A stretch of DNA of 64,000 nt from Chrysomallon squamiferum (lineage: Eukaryota > Animalia > Mollusca): contig CM022675.1 of NCBI GenBank assembly GCA_012295275.1, forward strand, positions 2,914,001-2,978,000. The letters run 5' to 3'. Shown piece by piece: positions 14,240 to 26,029 of the stretch (position 1 is its first letter; the number at the start of each line of letters is the position of its first letter). The notes under the pieces are model-generated. The model searched no databases and had not been told where the DNA came from. It worked only from the letters and a program-made list of their open reading frames with translations. Both the position numbers and the translations under genes were made by a program.

Positions 14240-17200
14240 AGTACTTTTCAAGTGACACTATCCCAGATTAAAGCTGTGACCATACACTTTTCAAGTGACA
14301 CTATTCCAGACTAAAGCTATGACCCATACACTTTTCAAGTGACACTATCCGAGAATAAAGCTGTGACACATACACTTTTCAAGTGACACTATCCCAGACT
14401 AAAGCTGTGACCCATACACTTTTCAAGTGACACTATTCCAGACTAAAGCTGTGACCCATACTTTTCAAGTGACACTATCTCAGACTAAAGCTGTGACCCA
14501 TACACTTTTCAAGTGACTCTGTTCCAGACTAAAGCTGTGACCCATACTTTTCAAGTGACACTATCTCAGACTAAAGCTGTGACCCATACTTTTCAAGTGA
14601 CACTATCTCAGACTAAAGCTGTGACCCATACTTTTCAAGTGACACTATCCCAGACTAAAGCTGTGACCCATACACTTTTCAAGTGACACTATCTCAGACT
14701 AAAGCTGTGACCCATACACTTTTCAAGTGACACTATCCCAGACTAAAGTCTATACCAGACTAAAGCTATGATCCATACACTTTTCAAGTGACACTATCCC
14801 AGAATAAAGTCTATACCAGACTAAAGCTGTGACCATACACTTTTCAAGTGACACTATTCCAGACTAAAACTGTGACCCATACACTTTTCAAGTGACACTA
14901 TCCCAGACTAAAGTCTATACCAGACTAAAGCTATGATCCATACACTTTTCAAGTGACACTATCTCAGACTAAAGCTATGACCCATACTTTTCAAGTGACA
15001 CTATCCCAGACTAAAGCTGTGACCCATACACTTTTCAAGTGACACTATCCCAGACTAAAGCTATGACCCATACACTTTTCAAGTGACACTATCCCAGACT
15101 AAAGTCTATACCAGACTAAAGCTATGATCCATACACTTTTCAAGTGACACTATCTCAGACTAAAGCTATGACCCATACACTTTTCAAGTGACACTATCTC
15201 AGACTAAAGCTGTGACCCATACACTTTTCAAGTGACACTATCCCAGACTAAAGTCTATACCAGACTAAAGCTATGATCCATACACTTTCAAGTGACACTA
15301 TCTCAGACTAAAGCTATGACCCATACACTTTTCCAGTGACACTATCCCAGACTAAAGCTATGACCCATACACTTTTCAAGTGACACTATTCCAGACTAAA
15401 GCTGTGACCCATACTTTTCAAGTGACACTATCCCAGACTAAAGCTGTGACCCATACACTTTTCAAGTGACACTATTCCAGACTAAAGCTGTGACCCATAC
15501 TTTTCAAGTGACACTATCTCAGACTAAAGCTGTGACCCATACACTTTTCAAGTGACTCTGTTCCAGACTAAAGCTGTGACCCATACTTTTCAAGTGACAC
15601 TATCTCAGACTAAAGCTGTGACCCATACTTTTCAAGTGACACTATCTCAGACTAAAGCTGTGACCCATACTTTTCAAGTGACACTATCCCAGACTAAAGC
15701 TGTGACCCATACTTTTCAAGTGACACTATCTCAGACTAAAGCTGTGACCCATACTTTTCAAGTGACACTATCTCAGACTAAAGCTGTGACCCATACTTTT
15801 CAAGTGACACTATCTCAGACTAAAGCTGTGACCCATACTTTTCAAGTGACACTATCTCAGACTAAAGCTGTGACCCATACTTTTCAAGTGACACTATCTC
15901 AGACTAAAGCTGTGACCCATACACTTTTCAAGTGACACTATCCCAGACTAAAGTCTATACCAGACTAAAGCTATGATCCATACACTTTTCAAGTGACACT
16001 ATCTCAGACTAAAGTCTATATCAGACTAAAGCTATGATCCATACACTTTTCAAGTGACACTATCCCAGACTAAAGTCTATACCAGACTAAAGCTATGATC
16101 CATACACTTTTCAAGTGACACTATCTCAGACTAAAGCTATGACCCATACACTTTTCCAGTGACACTATCCCAGACTAAAGCTATGACCCATACACTTTTC
16201 AAGTGACACTATTCCAGACTAAAGCTGTGACCCATACACTTTTCAAGTGACACTATTCCAGACTAAAGCTGTGACCCATACACTTTTCAAGTGACACTAT
16301 CCCAGACTAAAGCTGTGACCCATACACTTTTCAAGTGACACTATTCCAGACTAAAGCTGTGACCCATACTTTTCAAGTGACACTATCTCAGACTAAAGCT
16401 GTGACCCATACACTTTTCAAGTGACTCTGTTCCAGACTAAAGCTGTGACCCATACTTTTCAAGTGACACTATCTCAGACTAAAGCTGTGACCCATACACT
16501 TTTCAAGTGACACTATCCCAGACTAAAGTCTATACCAGACTAAAGCTATGATCCATACACTTTTCAAGTGACACTATCTCAGACTAAAGCTATGACCCAT
16601 ACTTTTCAAGTGACACTATCCCAGACTAAAGCTGTGACCCATACACTTTTCAAGTGACACTATCCCAGACTAAAGTCTATACCAGACTAAAGCTGTGACC
16701 ATACACTTTTCAAGTGACACTATTCCAGACTAAAACTGTGACCCATACACTTTTCAAGTGACACTATCTCAGACTAAAGCTGTGACCCATACACTTTTCA
16801 AGTGACACTATCCCAGACTAAAGTCTATACCAGACTAAAGCTATGATCCATACACTTTTCAAGTGACACTATCTCAGACTAAAGCTATGACCCATACACT
16901 TTTCAAGTGACACTATCCCAGACTAAAGCTGTGACACATACACTTTTCAAGTGACACTATCTCAGACTAAAGCTGTGACCCATACACTTTTCAAGTGACA
17001 CTATCCCAGACTAAAGTCTATACCAGACTAAAGCTATGATCCATACACTTTTCAAGTGACACTATCTCAGACTAAAGTCTATACCAGACTAAAGCTGTGA
17101 CACATACACTTTTCAAGTGACACTATCTCAGACTAAAGCTGTGACCCATACACTTTTCAAGTGACACTATCCCAGACTAAAGTCTATACCAGACTAAAGC

Positions 17201-19104
17201 TATGATCCATACACTTTTCAAGTGACACTATCTCAGACTAAAGCTATGACCCATACACTTTTCAAGTGACACTATCCCAGACTAAAGCTGTGACACATAC
17301 ACTTTTCAAGTGACACTATCTCAGACTAAAGCTGTGACCCATACACTTTTCAAGTGACACTATCCCAGACTAAAGTCTATACCAGACTAAAGCTATGATC
17401 CATACACTTTTCAAGTGACACTATCTCAGACTAAAGCTATGACCCATACACTTTTCAAGTGACACTATCTCAGACTAAAGCTATGACCCATACTTTTCAA
17501 GTGACACTATCCCAGACTAAAGCTGTGACCCATACACTTTTCAAGTGACACTATTCCAGACTAAAACTATGACCCATACACTTTTCAAGTGACACTATCT
17601 CAGACTAAAGCTATGACCCATACTTTTCAAGTGACACTATCCCAGACTAAAGCTGTGACCCATACACTTTTCAAGTGACACTATTCCAGACTAAAACTAT
17701 GACCCATACACTTTTCAAGTGACACTATCTCAGACTAAAGCTGTGACCCATACACTTTTCAAGTGACACTATCCCAGACTAAAGTCTATACCAGACTAAA
17801 GCTATGATCCATACACTTTTCAAGTGACACTATCTCAGACTAAAGCTATGACCCATACTTTTCAAGTGACACTATCCCAGACTAAAGCTGTGACCCATAC
17901 ACTTTTCAAGTGACACTATTCCAGACTAAAACTATGACCCATACACTTTTCAAGTGACACTATCTCAGACTAAAGCTATGACCCATACTTTTCAAGTGAC
18001 ACTATCCCAGACTAAAGCTGTGACCCATACACTTTTCAAGTGACACTATTCCAGACTAAAACTATGACCCATACACTTTTCAAGTGACACTATCTCAGAC
18101 TAAAGCTGTGACCCATACACTTTTCAAGTGACACTATCCCAGACTAAAGTCTATACCAGACTAAAGCTATGATCCATACACTTTTCAAGTGACACTATCT
18201 CAGACTAAAGCTATGACCCATACTTTTCAAGTGACACTATCCCAGACTAAAGCTGTGACCCATACACTTTTCAAGTGACACTATTCCAGACTAAAACTAT
18301 GACCCATACACTTTTCAAGTGACACTATCTCAGACTAAAGCTATGACCCATACTTTTCAAGTGACACTATCCCAGACTAAAGTCTATGACCCATACACTT
18401 TTCAAGTGACACTATTCCAGACTAAAACTATGACCCATACACTTTTCAAGTGACACTATCCCAGACTAAAGCTATGACCCATACACTTTTCAAGTGACAC
18501 TATCCCAGACTAAAGTCTATACCAGACTAAAGCTATGATCCATACACTTTTCAAGTGACACTATCAGACTCAGACTTTTAAAGCTATCTCAGACCCATAT
18601 ACACTTTTCAAGTGACACTATCCCAGACTAAAGCTGTGACCATACACTTTTCAAGTGACACTATCCCAGACTAAAGCTGTGACCCATACACTTTTCAAGT
18701 GACACTATCCCAGACTAAAGTCTGTACCAGACACTTTTCAATGACCCCCAGACTTTTCTGTGAGTGACACTATCCCAGACTAAAGCTGTGACCCATACAC
18801 TTTTCAAGTGACACTATCCCAGACTAAAGCTGTGACCCATACACTTTTCAAGTGACACTATCTCAGACTAAAGTCTATACCAGACTAAAGCTGTGACCCA
18901 TACACTTTTCAAGTGACACTATCCCAGACTAAAGCTGTGACCCATACACTTTTCAAGTGACACTATCTCAGACTAAAGCTGTGACCCATACACTTTTCAA
19001 GTGACACTATCCCAGACTAAAGTCTATACCAGACTAAAGCTATGATCCATACACTTTTCAAGTGACACTATCTCAGACTAAAGCTATGACCCATACACTT
19101 TCAG
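14240..19104. repeat. 4.9-kb minisatellite with 42/44/61-bp unit variants
   Basis: Unit acttttcaagtgacactatcccagactaaagctgtgacccatac (44 bp), a 42-bp variant lacking ac, and a 61-bp variant carrying gtctataccagactaaa. About 100 copies. Confidence 0.97.
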
Positions 19105-19549
19105 TCAATAAAACTGGAGGATACAGTATCAGTTTAAAAACAACCAATGTAGTAGATGAACAGTGAGAAAAAGTTTTATTGTCTAAAATAAAATTTCTGT
19201 ATCAGTACAAAGTAACAAAACGAACATTTGAAACTCCAAGATAAAAAATGTTAAATTATTACAAACTGACAAATTCTACAAAACCAATAGTTTTATTATT
19301 AATTCTTGTTTATTTAGATAAACTACTATTAAATTATTACAGACTAATATGTACTATAAAACTACTAGTTTTATTATTAATTTGTTTTCTTCTTATATAC
19401 AAATTTTTAAATTATAACAAACATATCATACAAAAATACCACTTTTATTATTAATTCATGTTTTCTTACATTTCCGTATGTGCATTATTGTCACAGCATT
19501 GATGTTTGTAATAGTTATTCATGAAAACTGAATAAACAGAACACACAGC

Positions 19550-19720
19550 CACACACACACAAACACCTACACATATCTATAATTATTTATACACACACAC
19601 ACACACACACAAACATCTACACATATCTATAATTATTTATATACACACACACACAAACATCTACACATATCTATAATTATTTATATACACACACACACAA
19701 ACATCTACACATATCTATAA
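19550..19720. repeat. Short tandem repeat with variable (CA)n
   Basis: cacacaaacatctacacatatctataattatttatata, 4 copies. Confidence 0.85.
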
Positions 19721-21552
19721 TCTATAATAATACAGTATGTGTGTACATAAATAATTAATCATAAATTTTTTTTAAAAAACACATACACACATGTATTATT
19801 TGAAACCTTTATTTATAAACATATCAATGATATCATACATTAATAAATTAAAAGCATTAATTACATAGCTATATTCAGTTTTTAGGTGATCTGCATGCAA
19901 ATGAAACATACTCAGACATAATTTTAGAGAAAACAAAAATCAGATGAAAAACAAAAACAAAATTAGAATAAACAATAGTACAAATTTAATAATTTATTTC
20001 AAAATATTTGTATATTTAAAGAGGCATTTACTTTGTAACTTATGATTTATTACAATGATGATGATGATGTTTTTTATTATTATTGTTATTATTATTATGG
20101 TGTCAAATAAATTAAGTAAATTATATTATATTCACTCACTAATTCTCTATCATTACAAATAAAATTGCTTTAAATTTGACTTAATTCTGATGAAATAAAA
20201 TGTTAATAACCAAAGATAAAATAACCACTCCCCAGAAAAATGCATCCTGTTTAATATTATTTAAATATCAGCAGGCTACATTAACAGAAATACCAAGTTT
20301 AATTTACTAAATGAATCTGTAAAATAAATAAATGAGAAAACAACTAAGAATATTAACTGAAATGAGTAATAAACAATCTCACTGATTTATCTGATTAATA
20401 ACAACATTTACAGTGAATATTACATATTACTGACATAGCATTTTATTTTGTGTATTTAAATGTATCCTTTGTGCTGAATATTAATTTCTAAAACATCACG
20501 AAAATTAAATATTCATTCATTTAAATGTGCCATTCTTTTGTTGTTCTTTTTCTGATAACAATGAGTGTAAATTAAATTGAGAAAAATAGTTTCTAACTTG
20601 ATCTAAACATTTATCAATTTTTAGATGACAACATTTAGAATACTTCAAATTTAAATTGTATCGTATATACTTAGTATTTCTTTAACATTACAAATAATAA
20701 GTTTACTTTAAATTAATTTAACTGTGAAGAATTAAAATGTTAATAACGAAGGATGCATCCTGTTTAATATTAAGTAATTTCAATATCAACAGGCTGTTGT
20801 AATCTTAATCTTAGTAATTATATTTTTAGTCATTTTTCAGTTTAACAAACATTTGGAACTATGAAAGAAAACCTTTCAGAAATAAACAGGTGTCCAGAAC
20901 AATCATCTTTTCTGTTCAGAACTTTTAGTTTTTCTTTCTTACTGACAGGATGAACTGTCGTGTACACAAGCTGGACCCTAGAACTGCTCATCTTCCTGAA
21001 ACTTTCATCTGAAAGTGAAAATCAAATTACAAATGTTACTGGTTTCATTTATCAATTCTTCTAGTGTGTGTGTGTGTGTGAAACTTTGTTCTTTTTATTT
21101 TATTTACTTTACATATGTTACAGGAAATATTATAATCTATTTTTAAAAAATTAAAAATGTGTATTCCGATTGCAATTATACATATTCCTGTAACATATAT
21201 AAAATAAATAATCAAGAGCAAAGTTTAACAACAATTCAAGCATATCTAGACTTTAATTATTAAATATTAAATATTTAACATTTATTAGAATTCATATCTT
21301 TATCTTTTTCTTTCTATTTTTTATTTTTTCTAGTTGATATTTTAAAACAAACTATCTATAAAGATATGCTTTGGTTTGCTTTATTTTTTATTATCTGTTG
21401 TTGTTGGGCTTTTATTTTTTAGTTACCTTTCAACAAATATTGTCCACTGTTTTGATAATACAGGAACTCTTGCATAGCATTAATCGTTCTTAACATCTTT
21501 TTATTACAAATGAGGCTTTATTGGCTAGAATAGCATGTCACGTGATACTAAC

Positions 21553-22509
21553 CTAACAGGATCCTTCAAGTTCCAAGACTGCTTCGAAAAGTGTTACTGC
21601 ATTTGGAAAATCAGAACCATCTTTTCTTTTCCGATTATCAATGGACTTTTGAATAAGTTCAATAGAATATCCCATTTCCAAAACTGCCTGGATCGCTGGG
21701 CTGTAGACATAATTACTACTCGAGCTGTCATCACTTGTTGCTTGAGTCACAACGCTATTCACAGATTTTACAAAACAGCTGTTGTCGGCTTTATTGCAAC
21801 TCTTTTCAACAATATTCGTTTTATTTTTCGAGTCCTTCTTTAATTCCTCAACTTCAACCATTTTCCTTATTTCATCAACGTCCAGTTTGTCAGCGAATTC
21901 ACAGTTCTTAGCCCATTCTTTGTGAACAACTGGCGGAAAATCATCGTCATCCCAGTCACGCAAAGTTAGTCCACAATGAAAACATCTTGCGCGATCGGCC
22001 GATCCTATGTAGAAAAATCCACAATGAGCCAAAATACTCGGCTTCTGCAAGGGCGATAAGAGCGGCCATCCAACGAAGCTTTCCAACCTTTTTTCATAGC
22101 TCTCGTAGTCCCTGTATTTTGGAATACTACCAGAACTAGTAGTAATACAAGAATCCGATTTATTATATTCCGAATCTCCGCTCGAAGAAAATTTTGTCTT
22201 AATGAAACTACAACCTGATGCATTCTTTCTATGTTCTTGCAAAGGGTCCTCGTTTCCAGTCCAGTTAAACAATCTAATACCACAGGATTCACAAACAACC
22301 TTATCAGACGTACCCGTGTACACAAATCCAGCCATTGCCAACTGCAGAGAAGTTTTCTTGCCTTTGTAATTTTTGAAAGTCTCCAATCTTTTACTTAACA
22401 TTTCAGCTTCATGGGTACGATTTTCAGGATTACTGTTGTTAAAAAATACACTTAGGTTTGAATTCACTGGAACTGAATCTGTCTGAATATCAGAACTTAC
22501 CTCAGACAT
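21553..22509 (-). CDS. Inhibitor of apoptosis protein (BIRC/IAP family): 2 BIR domains + UBA-like domain, 318 aa, no intact RING
   Basis: First ATG of ORF 21553..22581 is at 22509 (MSEVSSD). Two CX2CX16HX6C motifs: RLETF...AGFVYTG..DKVVCESCG..W..EHRKNASGC and RLESF..WP..GFFYIG.ADRARCFHCG..W..HKEWAKNC. C-terminal SPAIQAVLEMGYS...FPNAVTLFEAVLEL resembles the UBA domain of IAPs. Confidence 0.92.
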   Translation of the reverse strand: MSEVSSDIQTDSVPVNSNLSVFFNNSNPENRTHEAEMLSKRLETFKNYKGKKTSLQLAMAGFVYTGTSDKVVCESCGIRLFNWTGNEDPLQEHRKNASGCSFIKTKFSSSGDSEYNKSDSCITTSSGSIPKYRDYESYEKRLESFVGWPLLSPLQKPSILAHCGFFYIGSADRARCFHCGLTLRDWDDDDFPPVVHKEWAKNCEFADKLDVDEIRKMVEVEELKKDSKNKTNIVEKSCNKADNSCFVKSVNSVVTQATSDDSSSSNYVYSPAIQAVLEMGYSIELIQKSIDNRKRKDGSDFPNAVTLFEAVLELEGSC

Positions 22510-22575
22510 TTTGATAAATTCGAGCAACTGATTTCTTCTTAGCGAGTATAAATGGCGTCGGCTATATTTTCTCAG

Positions 22576-22640
22576 AGCCAATCAGACTACAGATATCTGC
22601 ACAATTTTCTCCCGGTTCTAAAAATACATCGGGGAATTCC
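22576..22640. promoter_or_regulatory. Putative IAP proximal promoter: NF-Y CCAAT box and NF-kB site
   Basis: AGCCAATCAG at 22576-22585 and GGGGAATTCC at 22631-22640, 70-130 bp upstream of the ATG in a locally CpG-richer stretch. Confidence 0.55.
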
Positions 22641-23904
22641 GAATTATGTTACTATAATTAAACCAAATTTTATTTCTACGTATTCCATATACTGAAAAAA
22701 GAGCGAACTGCCGAAATCTGAATAGTTTATTTCGTGGTTGGATCACAATTAATTATATATTACAGACATTATACAAGTGTTGATAGAGTGTATATACTTA
22801 CAGACTAGGAAACGACTGTTAAACAAATTCTTTAAAAATTAATTTATGGTGGAAAAAATTTGTTAACGATCAATTACAAAAAATAAAATAAAACAAATAA
22901 ACAAACCAAACAGAGAAACAAATAATAAGAAGAAGAAGAAGAAGAAGAAGAGTAAGGAGAAGAAGAAGAAGAATTTAATTTTTAATTCTAATTTTTGAAA
23001 GATGTTATTGTTCTTATTATATTTGTATATAGTTATCGCCTTTTATTTTTACAGACAACATATTCCTACAGAAAACGTTTCTATGCCGCGTTAATTTTTA
23101 TTTATAATTATTATTTGTTTATTCTTTTTTACACTTCCCTCGTTTTTTTTTATTCATCGGATTTGCGTCGTTACCGTATCGATATGTCTCTATATTAAAA
23201 CCTAAATAACTGTAACGATATATTACGATATGAGCATTAAATATATCCCGAACAGAAACCAGCCTGCTTTGTCTAAAAGATAATTTTCAAATAAAACACA
23301 GATTTACAACACCAGACCTAACAGTTTTTACTTATTGTTAAGCTTTATGAATTTATTATTTTAAAATTTTAAAATTTTATTTTATTTGATGTTATTTATT
23401 CTTGTACGTTTTATATAAATATTTAGTAAAATACAAATCTCGGAGTAGAAATGAACTGTTTTAAATGATCTTACTCAGTTTTTTTGTTCTTTCTTTGTGC
23501 CCTCCTCTGTTTTCTGTATTTTTGTAAAGGTTTGTAGAATCGAATCTTCTCAGTATATTTCCTAATCAACCAGGAACTTTTTATTTTGTTTATGAATGAA
23601 TATTGCGTGTTTCCTGTTTCCTAATTATAATTTTCTGCTACAAACATTTAATAGCAACACTTTGTGATAGCAAGTAAATTCCGTACAAATTTTGAATAAA
23701 CGAGTGTTATTGTTGTGTTCTTCTTTTTACTGCTGTTGTTTATTTTATTCATTACAACAACACAAAAACAACAACAACAATAACAACAACTACTACTACT
23801 ATTACTACTACCAGTACCGGTGTTGTTGTTGTTGTTATTAAAAATACCAGACCAATTATCGTTACTCTTGGCAGTTCTGGATTTTCCAAATTTCTTCACG
23901 AAGG

Positions 23905-23974
<70 letters not shown>

Positions 23975-24679
23975 TATTAAAGCATTATAAAGACAATGTT
24001 GTTGAAATATGAAAATGTTATCACCAAAAAAAAACCCACCCAAAACACAACATTGGCTTCCCATGAAAATAATAGTTATACTGATTTCTACGACAATGTG
24101 AATTAGAATTGTCAAAGTTATTAACGGTGTAAGGGAAATAACTCTAATAAGGCTATGTCGAACACGTGACGGGTTCCCTTTTCTGTCCGCCATATTTAAA
24201 GATACGTGCAAAGTGCAGAGTTTTTCTTGGAAGCAAGGATTAACATTTGGTGTTATCAAGGTGTTATGGATTTATGTTGGTTTTATCAAGTTACCATGGA
24301 TTTTCACAATTATAAAGGTATATTACTTTTATCAGGTCTGCTAAGTAACTGGTTTTTCATTACCTTGATAATTGATTAAAACAGACTTCACAATTTCACT
24401 CTTAGATGAAAAAGAACAGATGAAAACAAAAGTTCATCTAGATCAGATGTTTAATTTTGTTTAAAATATTATCCAAATACGACGGCTGTTACCATTTTTT
24501 TAATATTTACATTAAGTCAAAAATCATCTTGATTTGTTGCTATGAGTCATAAATTAAACAAACTCTTATCATTATCATTAATGATTGTGGCCGCCTGTTG
24601 CTACACGTACTAAAAAGTGCCATTTGATTGGGCATTTTTATTTGTTTATTTATTTATTTATAATAATAATAAGTAGAAA

Positions 24680-24739
<60 letters not shown>

Positions 24740-25000
24740 ACAGGTGGAGCATGGTTAGGTTGTTATTTTATAATATTACTGAATATAAACATCAATTTAA
24801 ATATATTGTCTATCAATGTGAATGTATCACACACTCGAACATACAGTTATAATACATTTTGATTCCTCCTCTTCCATATTGTTAATTTATTATTAAGTAC
24901 ATTTGTTCTTAAAACCTTGTCTACCTTTTTCTTTTGCAACTTGGTATATTCCCAGTTTTATAAAGTTATTTTGCTTTATAAGACAATATTAGAATTTTAA

Positions 25001-25650
25001 TAAATTAAAATCACAGCATTTTTTCAGTAAAGTTTGAAAAAAGAAGGACAATTACCCTAATTATCGGATAAAATATTGCCATTACTCCATTATGTTTCAA
25101 GTTACCATCATAAATTTTATTGTAAGTTTTCTCCATTCTCTATCCAATTCTGCAGAAATAATTTATCTCAGAGACATTTATTCTATTTTATATTTCTTTT
25201 GTCACATACTGGGGCCCAATATTGAGTCTAATTGCTGAGGTATGAAAAGCCATAACTTTGATTCTGTTTTTTAAATGTATTTATTTATTTATTTCTATAT
25301 CACATAGATACCATAAGTGATAGAAAAGCAAAGGAGACCACAGAGAGCAACAGTAGGTACCAGCAGGCACATTTTTTCCAACTTCACATAATATGCAAAG
25401 CTGTATCAAAAAGAAACAAAACACACAAAAAGTTATGACTCTATCTACAGCGGTTCAAAAGATATATGCAAATTAGTATGACAGGCATTTGGTTGGTTTT
25501 CAGTCCTATTTTGGCTAATTTGCAGAAAGGGCTACTTTGGCAAGGTGTAGTTTGAAAAGTAATTGACACAAAAGACTGAAAATCAACAAGAGTGATGGGA
25601 CCAACTTGCTAAATGAGCTCAATTTTTTTCAGACGTCTGTTTGTATGTGT
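25001..25650. repeat. Dispersed repeat copy B
   Basis: Direct-orientation homologue of 1-665. Confidence 0.9.
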
Positions 25651-26029
25651 TCCACATGCTTCACGGATGAGTCTCTCATGGAACCAGCAAACCTCACTAA
25701 ACATTCTCTGCCCATGGAAGAGTTGTTGTCATGAATCAGTTGCAAGACCAAGGAGATAGTGAACATTGCAATGCAGGAACTCCAGATCTTCCTCAGTCTG
25801 CCAAAGGTCTTTTCTGAGATGGTTAAATTGGACATTTTAACTCATCATCACAGCTGCTCTGTCTGACATGAGTCCACTCATTTTTATGGAGACAGTCTGA
25901 AAATATATCCCACCTCCTTTCTTCAACCTCGTCAAAAGCTAGTGATAACTCCTCTAATATGTAATCATCAACTATTACACGGCATCATGCTTTTTCAGTT
26001 CCCACCACAGTAAAGTCAACAGCTTAAAC

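Noticed and set aside
15552-15935. 127-aa ORF of TLSQTKAVTHTFQV repeats
   Set aside because: By-product of a 42-bp unit being a multiple of three. No ATG or splice context.
14240-19104. CRISPR-like array (also considered for 5516-6057, 51607-52460 and 62885-64000)
   Set aside because: Head-to-tail repeats with no unique spacers, no cas genes, and a eukaryotic context.
22510-22581. 24-aa N-terminal extension of the IAP ORF (MALRKYS...)
   Set aside because: Begins at a non-ATG codon overlapping the CCAAT box. The first ATG is at 22509.
23648-24259. 203-aa ORF
   Set aside because: Spans (CA)n and (AAC)n repeats, and no domain is recognisable.
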